Virus record (IMG/VR): IMGVR_UViG_3300023174_000046
Location: 153,414-217,413 of that record
DNA length: 64,000 nt
Direction: 5' to 3' (one strand)
The notes beneath the pieces were generated by a model. It was given only the letters and a program-made list of their open reading frames with translations, made no database searches and was not told the origin of the DNA. Position 1 is the first letter of the stretch; each line of letters opens with the position of its first letter. This document shows, in pieces, positions 1 through 8,887 of the stretch. The position numbers and the translations under genes are program-made.

Positions 1-471
1 CTTCCGAAAAATGTTGATTATTCAGGCAAATTTAACCTCAAAGGTGTTGATGCGTCCATGATACACTATTATAAATGTAGTGGAGAATTTAGAACACCAA
101 AAAAGAAAGCAAGCCACGACTACGCAGAAGGGGGCATGTACATACTCAGTAAGAAAGCTGTTAAATATATTGTAAGTTGTGATCAGGAAACTTTCATTAA
201 TTCACCTAAAACTTATAAAGGTGAAGATGTTGCAGTTGGTGAACTACTTAATAATGAAAAATTTACTAAATTAGATCTTACAGATAGCTTATCTGACAAA
301 CTTAATATGGATATCACAAGAAATGGTGTCTCGTATCACCCGGTGCATAAATCGTTGATGCACAAATTATATAAAGCTAAGACAACGAACGACAGAATAG
401 ATATATTAGTTGCAAATACAGCAAAGAATGACTATAATAAACGGGATATATTTATTAGAAAATATGAGTAA
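1..471 (+). CDS. Glycosyltransferase, GT31/galactosyltransferase-like (5'-truncated by window)
   Basis: Frame open from base 1; motifs YAEGGMYILSKKAV and EDVAVG resemble GT31/Fringe-like enzymes. Confidence 0.6.
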   Translation, partial: LPKNVDYSGKFNLKGVDASMIHYYKCSGEFRTPKKKASHDYAEGGMYILSKKAVKYIVSCDQETFINSPKTYKGEDVAVGELLNNEKFTKLDLTDSLSDKLNMDITRNGVSYHPVHKSLMHKLYKAKTTNDRIDILVANTAKNDYNKRDIFIRKYE

Positions 472-1114
472 TAATGTTTTAGTGCTAGCACCTCACGGTG
501 ATGACGAAGTTTTAGGCTGTGGTGGCAGCATTGCCAAGCATATTGAATTGGGTGATCAAGTTACAGTTGCTTTTATTAAAGCTGCGTACGATGAGAGATC
601 CACAGTACAGCTTCAAAACACGATAAGTGCGCAAAAAGTATTAGATTATGAGAGAATGATTATTATGAATTTAGATGAGAATACTATTCATAACAAACTT
701 GAGTTTATAAAAGAGCTTGAAGTAATCGTGAATACGGTAAAACCTGATACAATTTATTCAACTTTTTATGGCGATTTGCATCAAGATCATCGCGCATTAT
801 TTGAAGCGCTCAATACAGCAGCGCGTGTATGGGCAGACCATCTTGTTAAAAAAATTCTACTTTGTGAGACAATATCTTCAACTGATCAAGGTATTATTCG
901 TAATATTCATCCGTTTGTACCCAATTATTATGTAACATTAAGTGAACACCATATAGACAAAAAGATGAATGCATTATCATGCTATGAAAGGGAAATTAAA
1001 AAAGAATGTCACCCAAGATCAATAGAGCATGTTTTGAATGTAGCAAAATCTCGAGGTCGTGAGATAAGAAACTCTTATGCAGAAGCATTTATGCTTATGA
1101 GATTTATAGATTAA
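464..1114 (+). CDS. PIG-L/LmbE family N-acetylhexosamine deacetylase
   Basis: APHGDDEVLGCGG and DLHQDH motifs; likely start ATG 464. Confidence 0.9.
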   Translation: MSNNVLVLAPHGDDEVLGCGGSIAKHIELGDQVTVAFIKAAYDERSTVQLQNTISAQKVLDYERMIIMNLDENTIHNKLEFIKELEVIVNTVKPDTIYSTFYGDLHQDHRALFEALNTAARVWADHLVKKILLCETISSTDQGIIRNIHPFVPNYYVTLSEHHIDKKMNALSCYEREIKKECHPRSIEHVLNVAKSRGREIRNSYAEAFMLMRFID

Positions 1115-1115
1115 C

Positions 1116-1895
1116 ATGAATACTTGCAGACATAATAATAAAAATTATAATCTCAACGTAGCTAGTTATACAGAAGAAGAAAATTTTTTAAAAGAATTTA
1201 TAGCTAAAGGTTACGTTTTCTTAGAGAATGTTGTTAACCTCAATTACAACTATAAAGAGAGATCTGAATATTCTAGAATAAAGCAAATGGATGTTATTGA
1301 TAATTTCTTTCCTGATAACCCCGAATATTTTCAAATTTATAATAGTTTTAAAAAATCAAAAATATTTGATATACTTTCCAATAATTTAACAAGCTTAAGA
1401 CTGTATAATTTTATGTGTTTTCGTCTATACAAAGGGAACGAATGCTCATCATTGCACCGTGATGATGATTTTGCTATAACGTATACCCTCAAAACACCAT
1501 TTGTAATTTGCTGGATGCCTTTGACAGACGTCTCTCTTGCGGCTGGTCCTCTTGCAATTGCAGAAAGAACCAAGACTGTGTATACACAGCATGATATCAA
1601 AGAGGGTGAAAAATATATTCAAAAATATTTAAAAAGTAACAACGTTATGGAGAATATTGATGGTATACGCAATGCCATGCTAGAGGAAGAAGATTATAAA
1701 ATTTCTGTACATAGAGATTTCGATACATTAATCTCACGTGATCTCAAAAAAGGTGATGTTGTTGTAATGAATCACGATATTGTTCATGGATCATTAGATA
1801 ATAATAATTTGATTCGGTCTTCTATTGATTTGAGATTGTTTTATAACTGTGACACAAATAATAATCTGCTCAAAAGAGTATCTCTAGATACATGA
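1116..1895 (+). CDS. PhyH-like 2OG-Fe(II) dioxygenase
   Basis: HRD...WMPLTDV...GPL...GDVVVM..DIVHGS..N...RSSIDLR. Confidence 0.8.
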   Translation: MNTCRHNNKNYNLNVASYTEEENFLKEFIAKGYVFLENVVNLNYNYKERSEYSRIKQMDVIDNFFPDNPEYFQIYNSFKKSKIFDILSNNLTSLRLYNFMCFRLYKGNECSSLHRDDDFAITYTLKTPFVICWMPLTDVSLAAGPLAIAERTKTVYTQHDIKEGEKYIQKYLKSNNVMENIDGIRNAMLEEEDYKISVHRDFDTLISRDLKKGDVVVMNHDIVHGSLDNNNLIRSSIDLRLFYNCDTNNNLLKRVSLDT

Positions 1896-3310
1896 ATAAA
1901 AGCATAGTTATTTTGGGTGGCGGTACTGCTGGTTGGATGAGCGCGCTTTTCTTTAAGAAAGCATACCCCCAATCAAAAGTTACTGTAGTTGAGTCCGAAG
2001 AGATAGGTATTATAGGCGTGGGCGAAAGCACCACACCGTATTTTATAGAAATGTTAGATTTTCTTGATATAAATGTTTTAGATATTTTAAAAGCAAGTGA
2101 TATCGCTTTTAAAACAGGTGTAAAATTTGATGGATGGGGTAAAAGTATTTTCTACCACCCTTTTAATCTGAACGATGAACACTATAATCATGATACTGCT
2201 CTTATTCAATACTATTTGAAAAATAAAGATACAAATGTGTTTAAAACATTAAACCCGTTAGTAACAATTACTGAACAAGGTAAGATTCAAAAAATTAAAA
2301 AAAACCTTCCACATAACGATTTTGCGGTTCATATTGATGCTTGCAAAACAAGCATTGCTTTAAAAAGTATTGCTCTCTCACGAGGCATTCAGCTTGTACA
2401 GGGTGTAGTTGGTAGTGTAGAGGTAAAAGATAATAACGTTGCTTCTTTAATCTTAAATAGTGGGCATAGAGTTTGTGGTGATTTCTTTGTAGATTGTTCA
2501 GGATTTAATAGGGTTCTTGCAAATAAGTTCAATATTAAATTTTTAAAATTTAACGATTTATTGACAAATACAGCTATACCTTGCCCTATTAAGAAGACTT
2601 TTTTTGAACCATATACAACCGCAAAAACCTTGAATTATGGCTGGACATGGAAGATACCTACACACTCTAGAACAGGTACCGGTTATGTTTTTTCAAGAGA
2701 TTACACTGATATAGATAGTGCAAAAAAAGAATTTTATACATATTTGAAAACTGTTACAGATGAAGAAATTAACCTAAATAAAATTATCTTTTTTGAAACT
2801 GGGACTCTTGAAAAAATTCATTTTAATAATGTATTAGCTGTTGGGTTAGCGTCACATTTTCTTGAACCACTAGAAGGCACATCTCTCGCTATATCTGCGA
2901 TTATATTATTTGAGTTTATCAAACAAAAAGAAGGCTTTAATAGTAAAATACTACAAAAAATTTTACAGATAAAAGACTTTATTGTATTACATTATTTAAC
3001 TAAAAAAACACAGAGTAATTTTTGGTTGGACGCAAGCAAAAAAGCAAAAGAAAATAATTTAATTCAAAAACTCCTGTCTAGCAAAACATTAAATTTTGAT
3101 TTATTTAAAGACAATGATTATTATTTTAGCTTTTTAAATCATCTCAACTTTTTACAGAATCTCGATGCGGTTGATACCAACACAAGTGTATCAACAGAAC
3201 GCTATAAGACTGATTTTAGCTATATTAAGCTTTTAAAGTCTAAGGCATGGCATTACAGTCATGTTAAAAACGCTGTAGATTATAAAACATATTACGAGCA
3301 GTTTCTATGA
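1892..3310 (+). CDS. Tryptophan halogenase (PrnA)-like flavin-dependent enzyme
   Basis: GGGTAGW, IGVGESTTP, DCSGF, GWTWKIP, FLEPLEGT. Confidence 0.88.
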   Translation: MNKSIVILGGGTAGWMSALFFKKAYPQSKVTVVESEEIGIIGVGESTTPYFIEMLDFLDINVLDILKASDIAFKTGVKFDGWGKSIFYHPFNLNDEHYNHDTALIQYYLKNKDTNVFKTLNPLVTITEQGKIQKIKKNLPHNDFAVHIDACKTSIALKSIALSRGIQLVQGVVGSVEVKDNNVASLILNSGHRVCGDFFVDCSGFNRVLANKFNIKFLKFNDLLTNTAIPCPIKKTFFEPYTTAKTLNYGWTWKIPTHSRTGTGYVFSRDYTDIDSAKKEFYTYLKTVTDEEINLNKIIFFETGTLEKIHFNNVLAVGLASHFLEPLEGTSLAISAIILFEFIKQKEGFNSKILQKILQIKDFIVLHYLTKKTQSNFWLDASKKAKENNLIQKLLSSKTLNFDLFKDNDYYFSFLNHLNFLQNLDAVDTNTSVSTERYKTDFSYIKLLKSKAWHYSHVKNAVDYKTYYEQFL

Positions 3311-3984
3311 AGATATTAGAAGAAATAGACCGCAAATATAGTTTTGATAAACTTAAAAAAGTTATTGACGAGTTTGGTCTCTGCCCTAACTGGCGAGCAA
3401 TTTTGGATAACAATAAGTCTATTAATTTAGAGTATAAAGTATTACTTTTTTACAAAAAAATCTTTCTTAAATATAAAATTGATAAAACTAAAAATATTTT
3501 AGATGTAGGGTCAGGGCTCTGCCACAATTACATGATCAGCAATATAATTGGAGCAAAATGTACCTGTCTTGAAAAAATACCATGCTCCACAGGCACAGAT
3601 GAAAGCAATCTGTACGCATTATTTCATAAAATTTTAAATATAGAGTCAACACTTTATTATAACATTAATTCACCCAACGTTTCTCTCCCAGGAAAATTTG
3701 ATTATATACTATTACTCAACCAGACTTTCGATGAAAAACAAAACGCTAATGGTGATATAACTGTGTGGAGCATTGAGGATTGGGAAACGTTTATTAAAAA
3801 CCTGAACATCAACTTAAACCCTGGTGGCAAGATACTTATCAATTGGACGTTGCAACAGTTAAATGATGTGCATGAAAATGACCCGCTTTATACTAGCAAA
3901 AATGGAAAGATTGTTAAGTATCAGCACAATAAAAACTTTAAATTTTTTAAAAAACACCCAGAATTTAATGTGAGGTTTATATAA
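3307..3984 (+). CDS. Class I SAM-dependent methyltransferase
   Basis: ILDVGSG motif I and LNPGGKILI. Confidence 0.7.
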   Translation: MKILEEIDRKYSFDKLKKVIDEFGLCPNWRAILDNNKSINLEYKVLLFYKKIFLKYKIDKTKNILDVGSGLCHNYMISNIIGAKCTCLEKIPCSTGTDESNLYALFHKILNIESTLYYNINSPNVSLPGKFDYILLLNQTFDEKQNANGDITVWSIEDWETFIKNLNINLNPGGKILINWTLQQLNDVHENDPLYTSKNGKIVKYQHNKNFKFFKKHPEFNVRFI

Positions 3985-3987
3985 TAC

Positions 3988-4221
3988 ATGGATATTGAAT
4001 TGTTTGGATGGTTTTCTACATTCTTTCTTTGGGGTGCTGCTCTACCCAAGCAAAGGCATGTATTGCATCTCTGTACAGCCATAGCAGCTTTGTCTCGTGC
4101 GGTCTATATTATAACCTTGTACCTGGGGCCTACAGGTAATCTCGCTAGGCCATTGATAATAAATTGGATAGCGCTATTTGTTATTCACCTATATCAGTAC
4201 TTTGTATATAAAAATAAATAA
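3988..4221 (+). CDS. Small membrane protein
   Basis: Three hydrophobic segments, co-oriented in cluster. Confidence 0.55.
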   Translation: MDIELFGWFSTFFLWGAALPKQRHVLHLCTAIAALSRAVYIITLYLGPTGNLARPLIINWIALFVIHLYQYFVYKNK

Positions 4222-4224
4222 TAA

Positions 4225-4413
4225 ATGGTAAGTTTGAGTGCAATTAACGATTTTTTTGATCTGTCTAAACCATGCCCCTCAGAAATAAAAAGATGTCGAC
4301 AACTTAGAAACGATTACCGACTTGAACTTCGAAATATGAAGCAATGCACAAGCTGTGCAACACGAGTAGTAAAAAACGTTTATATTAATAAAATAAATCA
4401 ATGCTCGAATTAA
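4225..4413 (+). CDS. Small Cys-rich protein (paralog of next ORF)
   Basis: FFD-x3-PCPS-x4-C...CxxC; TAAATA late motif at 4215. Confidence 0.65.
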   Translation: MVSLSAINDFFDLSKPCPSEIKRCRQLRNDYRLELRNMKQCTSCATRVVKNVYINKINQCSN

Positions 4414-4604
4414 CTAAAATAGAAAGGTTTTTTGATATGAATCAGCCTTGCCCGTCAGATATACCTGATTGTGAACAACATAGAAAAGACTATTTAAATA
4501 AATTAGAAGAATTGAAAAAACAAAACGGTTGCAGTCCTTGCAAGATGCGAGGGATCAGAAACCATTATCTTCAAATTATTACAGGAGCGTATGGAGCTAA
4601 GTAA
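4401..4604 (+). CDS. Small Cys-rich protein (paralog of previous ORF)
   Basis: FFDMNQPCPSDIPDC...CSPC. Confidence 0.65.
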   Translation: MLELTKIERFFDMNQPCPSDIPDCEQHRKDYLNKLEELKKQNGCSPCKMRGIRNHYLQIITGAYGAK

Positions 4605-4920
4605 TTTTATAATAGGGTTTTTATCGACAAGTAGTTTACTGCTACTTTGGTTTTATTCTTCTTTAAAGATTACTTTAGCAGAAATCTTTTTTAATGAGAA
4701 AATTACAAATAATGATCAATTTGAAGACTTAATTATGATTCGTCTAAAAAATGAAAAACTATCACATTTATCAAGTTGTTATATTTGCATGAGTTTTTGG
4801 ACATCATTTCTTGTAGGATGTCTTTTAACGTTTTTGGGTAGCCCCAACTATACCCCTGTCATTACATTCTTGACTTACCCCTGCTTGTGTTATATAATGA
4901 AGAAATATGTCTTTGATTGA
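4591..4920 (+). CDS. Membrane protein with CxxC-xx-FW motif (DUF1360-like)
   Basis: Hydrophobic helices and SCYICMSFW. Confidence 0.5.
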   Translation: MELSNFIIGFLSTSSLLLLWFYSSLKITLAEIFFNEKITNNDQFEDLIMIRLKNEKLSHLSSCYICMSFWTSFLVGCLLTFLGSPNYTPVITFLTYPCLCYIMKKYVFD

Positions 4921-5683
4921 TAGCAAAGTGTGTATCCTGGGGGATGGGTTCGTTGGCCAATCTCTAAAGAAAGCACTACAAAAATGTCATGATGTGGTTC
5001 TTCTTGGACCTCAAGAAGTGCCTGTACAGAAGGCTTTTGATGTCTGTTTTATTTGTGTGCCTACAAATAACACAAACAGTGTTACTGATTTATCAAATAT
5101 AGAAGACGCTTTTCACAAGATAAAGAGCAATCTATATATTATTAAGTCTACTGTGCCAGTTGGTACTTGTAAAGAATTGACTGATCGCTTTAAAGTAGAT
5201 ATAGTTTATTGTCCAGAATTTTTAAGTGAATCAACATACCACAATCCAACTAATTGTGCAGGCAATTTACTTGAATGGCCTTTTTTCGTTCTCGGTGGAA
5301 ACAACGGGCCTGTTGATAATGCATATAATTTTTTATTAGAAATTTTTGGTCCCTGCAAGTCTTACTCTTTTGCTACTTTTGAAACTGCAGAGCTTTTTAA
5401 GTACACAATAAATTTATTCTGGACGTTTAAATTATCTTTTTTTAATAGCATATTTGATGTCTGTGCTGATTTTAATGTAGATTACAAAAAATTAAGAGAA
5501 TTGGTACTTTTAGATAAACGTATACACCCGCTTCATACCGCTATTTTTAAAAATAAGAGAGGTTTTAGGGGAAAATGCTTGCCCAAAGATCTTGAATCCT
5601 TTGTATCACAAATAAAAAACAAACAAAGCAAAGATTTATTTGCTATGATTCAGCAATATAATAACCTTTTTATTAAAAAATAA
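4907..5683 (+). CDS. UDP-glucose/GDP-mannose dehydrogenase family protein (lacks C-terminal domain)
   Basis: GDGFVG, ICVPT, KSTVPVG, CPEFL, GFRGKCLPKD. Confidence 0.85.
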   Translation: MSLIDSKVCILGDGFVGQSLKKALQKCHDVVLLGPQEVPVQKAFDVCFICVPTNNTNSVTDLSNIEDAFHKIKSNLYIIKSTVPVGTCKELTDRFKVDIVYCPEFLSESTYHNPTNCAGNLLEWPFFVLGGNNGPVDNAYNFLLEIFGPCKSYSFATFETAELFKYTINLFWTFKLSFFNSIFDVCADFNVDYKKLRELVLLDKRIHPLHTAIFKNKRGFRGKCLPKDLESFVSQIKNKQSKDLFAMIQQYNNLFIKK

Positions 5684-5719
5684 TATTGCATTTCTATCTT
5701 TCCAATTTAATATAACATT

Positions 5720-5920
5720 ATGTTTAAGTACAAAGCGGTGATCAAGGATAACTATTTAACTAAAACAAGAAATAAGTATGTACATGCAGCCAACAGCCTT
5801 GATGCACATAAATTTGCGCTTTATACAGTTAACCTTGCAAAAGAAGACATCATCAAAATTCTAGATGAAGATGGTGGCACGGTTTATTCTGTTGCAAAAG
5901 GTTTCATACATAAGCATTAA
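5720..5920 (+). CDS. Hypothetical protein
   Basis: ORF with plausible composition following a promoter-like AT tract. Confidence 0.55.
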   Translation: MFKYKAVIKDNYLTKTRNKYVHAANSLDAHKFALYTVNLAKEDIIKILDEDGGTVYSVAKGFIHKH

Positions 5921-5923
5921 TAT

Positions 5924-6124
5924 ATGAGCGATGTTGAAATAAATCTTGCTGATCTCAAAGCTGTGGTTGATATCATTAATTTGATGGCATCCCGAGGAGC
6001 CATTAGAGGTCAAGAGCTGGCAGTAATTGGTGGTGTCTATAATAAATATTCATACGTCATTGAAAAAATCAAAGAAAAGCAAGACAGTCCTAGGCCTGGA
6101 GTTGAATCAGATTCAGCGAATTGA
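5924..6124 (+). CDS. Small hypothetical protein of a type seen in T4-like phages
   Basis: DL..II....SRGAI.G.EL..IG.VYNK pattern. Confidence 0.6.
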   Translation: MSDVEINLADLKAVVDIINLMASRGAIRGQELAVIGGVYNKYSYVIEKIKEKQDSPRPGVESDSAN

Positions 6125-6270
6125 TGATAAAAGCGTTGAAGTCAATTTCTCTATTACCCATGATGTTGAAGAGCTTTTTAAAAACGTATACAAGCTCCAT
6201 AAACTTACTGATAAGCAGTTTTGCAAAAAGATCGGTTCTATAATTGTTGAATATGTTGAAGAAAAATTGA

Positions 6271-6483
6271 ATGAAAAGTATAGAGATAGAAGTTAAAGAT
6301 TCTTACAACGACAAACAAAATCTTATTGTCAAAATTGACGGTAAAGAGGTTGGTATCTTATACATTGACGAAGATCAGAAGTTTGATTTACTTAAGATTC
6401 TACGCAGAGGCAAAGATGAAGACACTGAATTAATTGAGCCTCAAGAGCTGGACGACCTTGATGAAGACGGTGAAGAGTATTAA
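6271..6483 (+). CDS. Hypothetical acidic protein
   Basis: ORF track; packs against neighbours. Confidence 0.55.
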   Translation: MKSIEIEVKDSYNDKQNLIVKIDGKEVGILYIDEDQKFDLLKILRRGKDEDTELIEPQELDDLDEDGEEY

Positions 6484-6490
6484 ATAATAA

Positions 6491-7303
6491 GTGTTTAAGT
6501 ATATAGTAGGTTTTTCATCGTTTCTCATAGCATCTATTGCCGCATATTTTTCAATAAAAGGCATATCTTTACTGTTCGCAGGTAGTTTTTGGCCTGTTGT
6601 TTTGATGGCCGGTTCTCTTGAAATTGGCAAGCTTGTTGCAACCAGTAGCTTATATCGGTATTACCATGAATTGAATGGTTTTATTAAAACATACCTATTT
6701 ACTGCTATAGCTGTTTTAATGATTATTACTAGCTTGGGCATATTTGGGTTTTTATCCGATGCATTTTATAGAAGTAAAATCAAGTCAGAAACCATGTCAG
6801 CTAAAGTTACTTTTGCTGAAGAAAAGAAAATTACATTGCAGCAGAAATTTGACTACAATAAAGAAAGAGTCAAAACATTATCAAATATTAGAACATCGCA
6901 AGAGGAGAGACTCTCTTCAACAACCAAACAAAATACAAGTACGCAAAAAAGCGGTCTTTTTGGCACAGACCAATCAATAGATGCAAATGCTCTTAAGAGT
7001 AAAACTAAAATTCTCGAAAACGTAAGTGAAGAAATAAAAACTGCAAACTTACAGATTGATGAGCTTAATAAAGAAAACGGTGGCATAATGAATGAGCTAG
7101 AATCACTCAATTCGCAACTATTAGCGCTTAAACAGAATGAAAGCAAGGAATCAGATATTGGCACTTTCAAGTTTATTGCAAAATCATTTAATCTTGAGTT
7201 GGATGTAGCTGTAAAATACTTCATCATATCACTAGTGTTTGTATTTGACCCATTAGCAGTAATCTTGTTGATAGTTTTTAACTCTCTAATAAAAAAAAAG
7301 TAA
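6491..7303 (+). CDS. Membrane protein (3 N-terminal TM, coiled coil, C-terminal TM); ends at a slippery A-AAA-AAG
   Basis: Hydrophobic N-terminus, SLEIGKLVA, FVFDPLAV; late TAAATA at 6481; GTG start. Confidence 0.8.
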   Translation: MFKYIVGFSSFLIASIAAYFSIKGISLLFAGSFWPVVLMAGSLEIGKLVATSSLYRYYHELNGFIKTYLFTAIAVLMIITSLGIFGFLSDAFYRSKIKSETMSAKVTFAEEKKITLQQKFDYNKERVKTLSNIRTSQEERLSSTTKQNTSTQKSGLFGTDQSIDANALKSKTKILENVSEEIKTANLQIDELNKENGGIMNELESLNSQLLALKQNESKESDIGTFKFIAKSFNLELDVAVKYFIISLVFVFDPLAVILLIVFNSLIKKK

Positions 7304-7716
7304 TATTTGACGAAGAAATAATTGTACTGGTGCCTTCACCAACACCGACTGTCACTCCGACGCCCACAGTAACGCCAACTTTAACTGTAACTGCTACGCC
7401 TGCTCCCACTATGACTTCAACCCCTACGGCCACATATACTCCACCACCCACACAAACGCCAACCGCTACCAGTTTTTCTACACCCCTTCAAGTAGATGAA
7501 ATGAAAACTACATCAAATAGCAGACTAGAAGGCACCATATATTGGAGTAAAATGAAATGGGATCTGCCTACATTGACGCCTACACCACAGGCACAAGAAA
7601 GTGAAAAAATAGAACAAAAAGAAATAAATAGTGAAAATTTTATTCGTATAACCGACAACACCCCATCAGTATTTGATAGTAAAAACAAGCTGTCATATTT
7701 TAAAAAGATTGATTAA
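7300..7716 (+). CDS. Pro/Thr-rich ORF, probable -1 frameshift extension of the upstream membrane protein
   Basis: -1 frame is open from the A9 run (7291-7299) to 7716; PTPTVTPTP repeats; no convincing own start. Confidence 0.6.
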   Translation, partial: VIFDEEIIVLVPSPTPTVTPTPTVTPTLTVTATPAPTMTSTPTATYTPPPTQTPTATSFSTPLQVDEMKTTSNSRLEGTIYWSKMKWDLPTLTPTPQAQESEKIEQKEINSENFIRITDNTPSVFDSKNKLSYFKKID

Positions 7717-7724
7717 ATATTATT

Positions 7725-7955
7725 ATGATTGGAAGCGATGCATTTACAAATGGCATTGCCATTTGCGAAGAGTTTTCTCGCCATACATATGGCGACAAAG
7801 AGAATCAATCTATGCTTGTCAATGTTTCACATGATTGGGTTGATAGCTTAATAAACAGAATGTCAAGAATTGGTTTCAAATTAATTACAAAGATAGAGAT
7901 GGACATGACAACCACGGTCGTCTTTAGTTTGGTCAAGCTTAAAAAATCTGCTTGA
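7725..7955 (+). CDS. Hypothetical protein (late)
   Basis: TAAATA at 7714, 5 nt before ATG. Confidence 0.6.
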   Translation: MIGSDAFTNGIAICEEFSRHTYGDKENQSMLVNVSHDWVDSLINRMSRIGFKLITKIEMDMTTTVVFSLVKLKKSA

Positions 7956-7984
7956 ATTATAGAATCTTATATTATCATTAGTAG

Positions 7985-8683
7985 GTGATAGAATTTAATA
8001 AAGCACTTCATGCCTATACAAATGTCCATACAGGCGCAAATTACTTCTCTGTAACAACTGTAATTAATTCTTTTAAAGAGCCTTTTGATGTTGATAAATT
8101 TTCCAAGCTTGTAGCTGCAAAAGAAGGTGTAACACAAGATGAGATCAAGAAGAGATGGAATACTGTAAAAACAACTGCGTGTGACTTTGGCACTGATTCA
8201 CATTCAAAGATTGAAGAGCATATAAAATCTGGTGGTGAAAAATTTAAGGATGATGAAATGGTTATTAAGTTTCTGGAGATATCGGATCTGAATATTGATA
8301 AAGTTAAGAGTGAAACACTTGTACATAATAACGAATACAGAATTGCTGGTACAGCAGATTTTATTGTTGATCAGGGCAAAACGTTTGATGTGTATGATCT
8401 CAAGACCAATAAGAATTTCAGACAATCCTCAAAATATAACAAAACTTTACTGGCGCCTCTGACTCATTTTAGTGATTGTGAATACAATGCATACTCACTT
8501 CAAATTTCTACCTATGCTTATCTCTACAGTACCATGACAGGCAAGAACGTTAATAGCTTACGTTTATTTTGGTATGATAAACAGAAAAACGTGTTTTCTC
8601 GTTACGATACACCTTATCTGTATACTGACGTGAAAAACATGTTAGAAGCATTTAAAGCCAAAGGTTTTACATTAAAGAAATAA
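7985..8683 (+). CDS. PD-(D/E)XK exonuclease
   Basis: SVTT, GT..H..IE, IAGTADF, YDLKT, YSLQISTYAY. Confidence 0.85.
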   Translation: MIEFNKALHAYTNVHTGANYFSVTTVINSFKEPFDVDKFSKLVAAKEGVTQDEIKKRWNTVKTTACDFGTDSHSKIEEHIKSGGEKFKDDEMVIKFLEISDLNIDKVKSETLVHNNEYRIAGTADFIVDQGKTFDVYDLKTNKNFRQSSKYNKTLLAPLTHFSDCEYNAYSLQISTYAYLYSTMTGKNVNSLRLFWYDKQKNVFSRYDTPYLYTDVKNMLEAFKAKGFTLKK

Positions 8684-8691
8684 ATATTAAT

Positions 8692-8874
8692 ATGCCAAGC
8701 AGTAAACCAACACCCAAACCTACACACAAGGTTATTGATTCAAGTAACAACAATAAAGAATTGGCTAAAAAAGCCATATATAACGGTGATATGAGTCATA
8801 TCATTCATTACTGCAAGCTCCGTGGTATTAAACTAGAAGATTACCTAGGAACATCTGAAGTAGATGATAAGTAA
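8692..8874 (+). CDS. Small hypothetical protein (late)
   Basis: TAAATA at 8681. Confidence 0.5.
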   Translation: MPSSKPTPKPTHKVIDSSNNNKELAKKAIYNGDMSHIIHYCKLRGIKLEDYLGTSEVDDK

Positions 8875-8887
8875 TTTAACTTAATTT

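Noticed and set aside
7985-8683. Cas4
   Set aside because: Lacks the Fe-S cysteine set; ordinary phage PD-(D/E)XK exonuclease.
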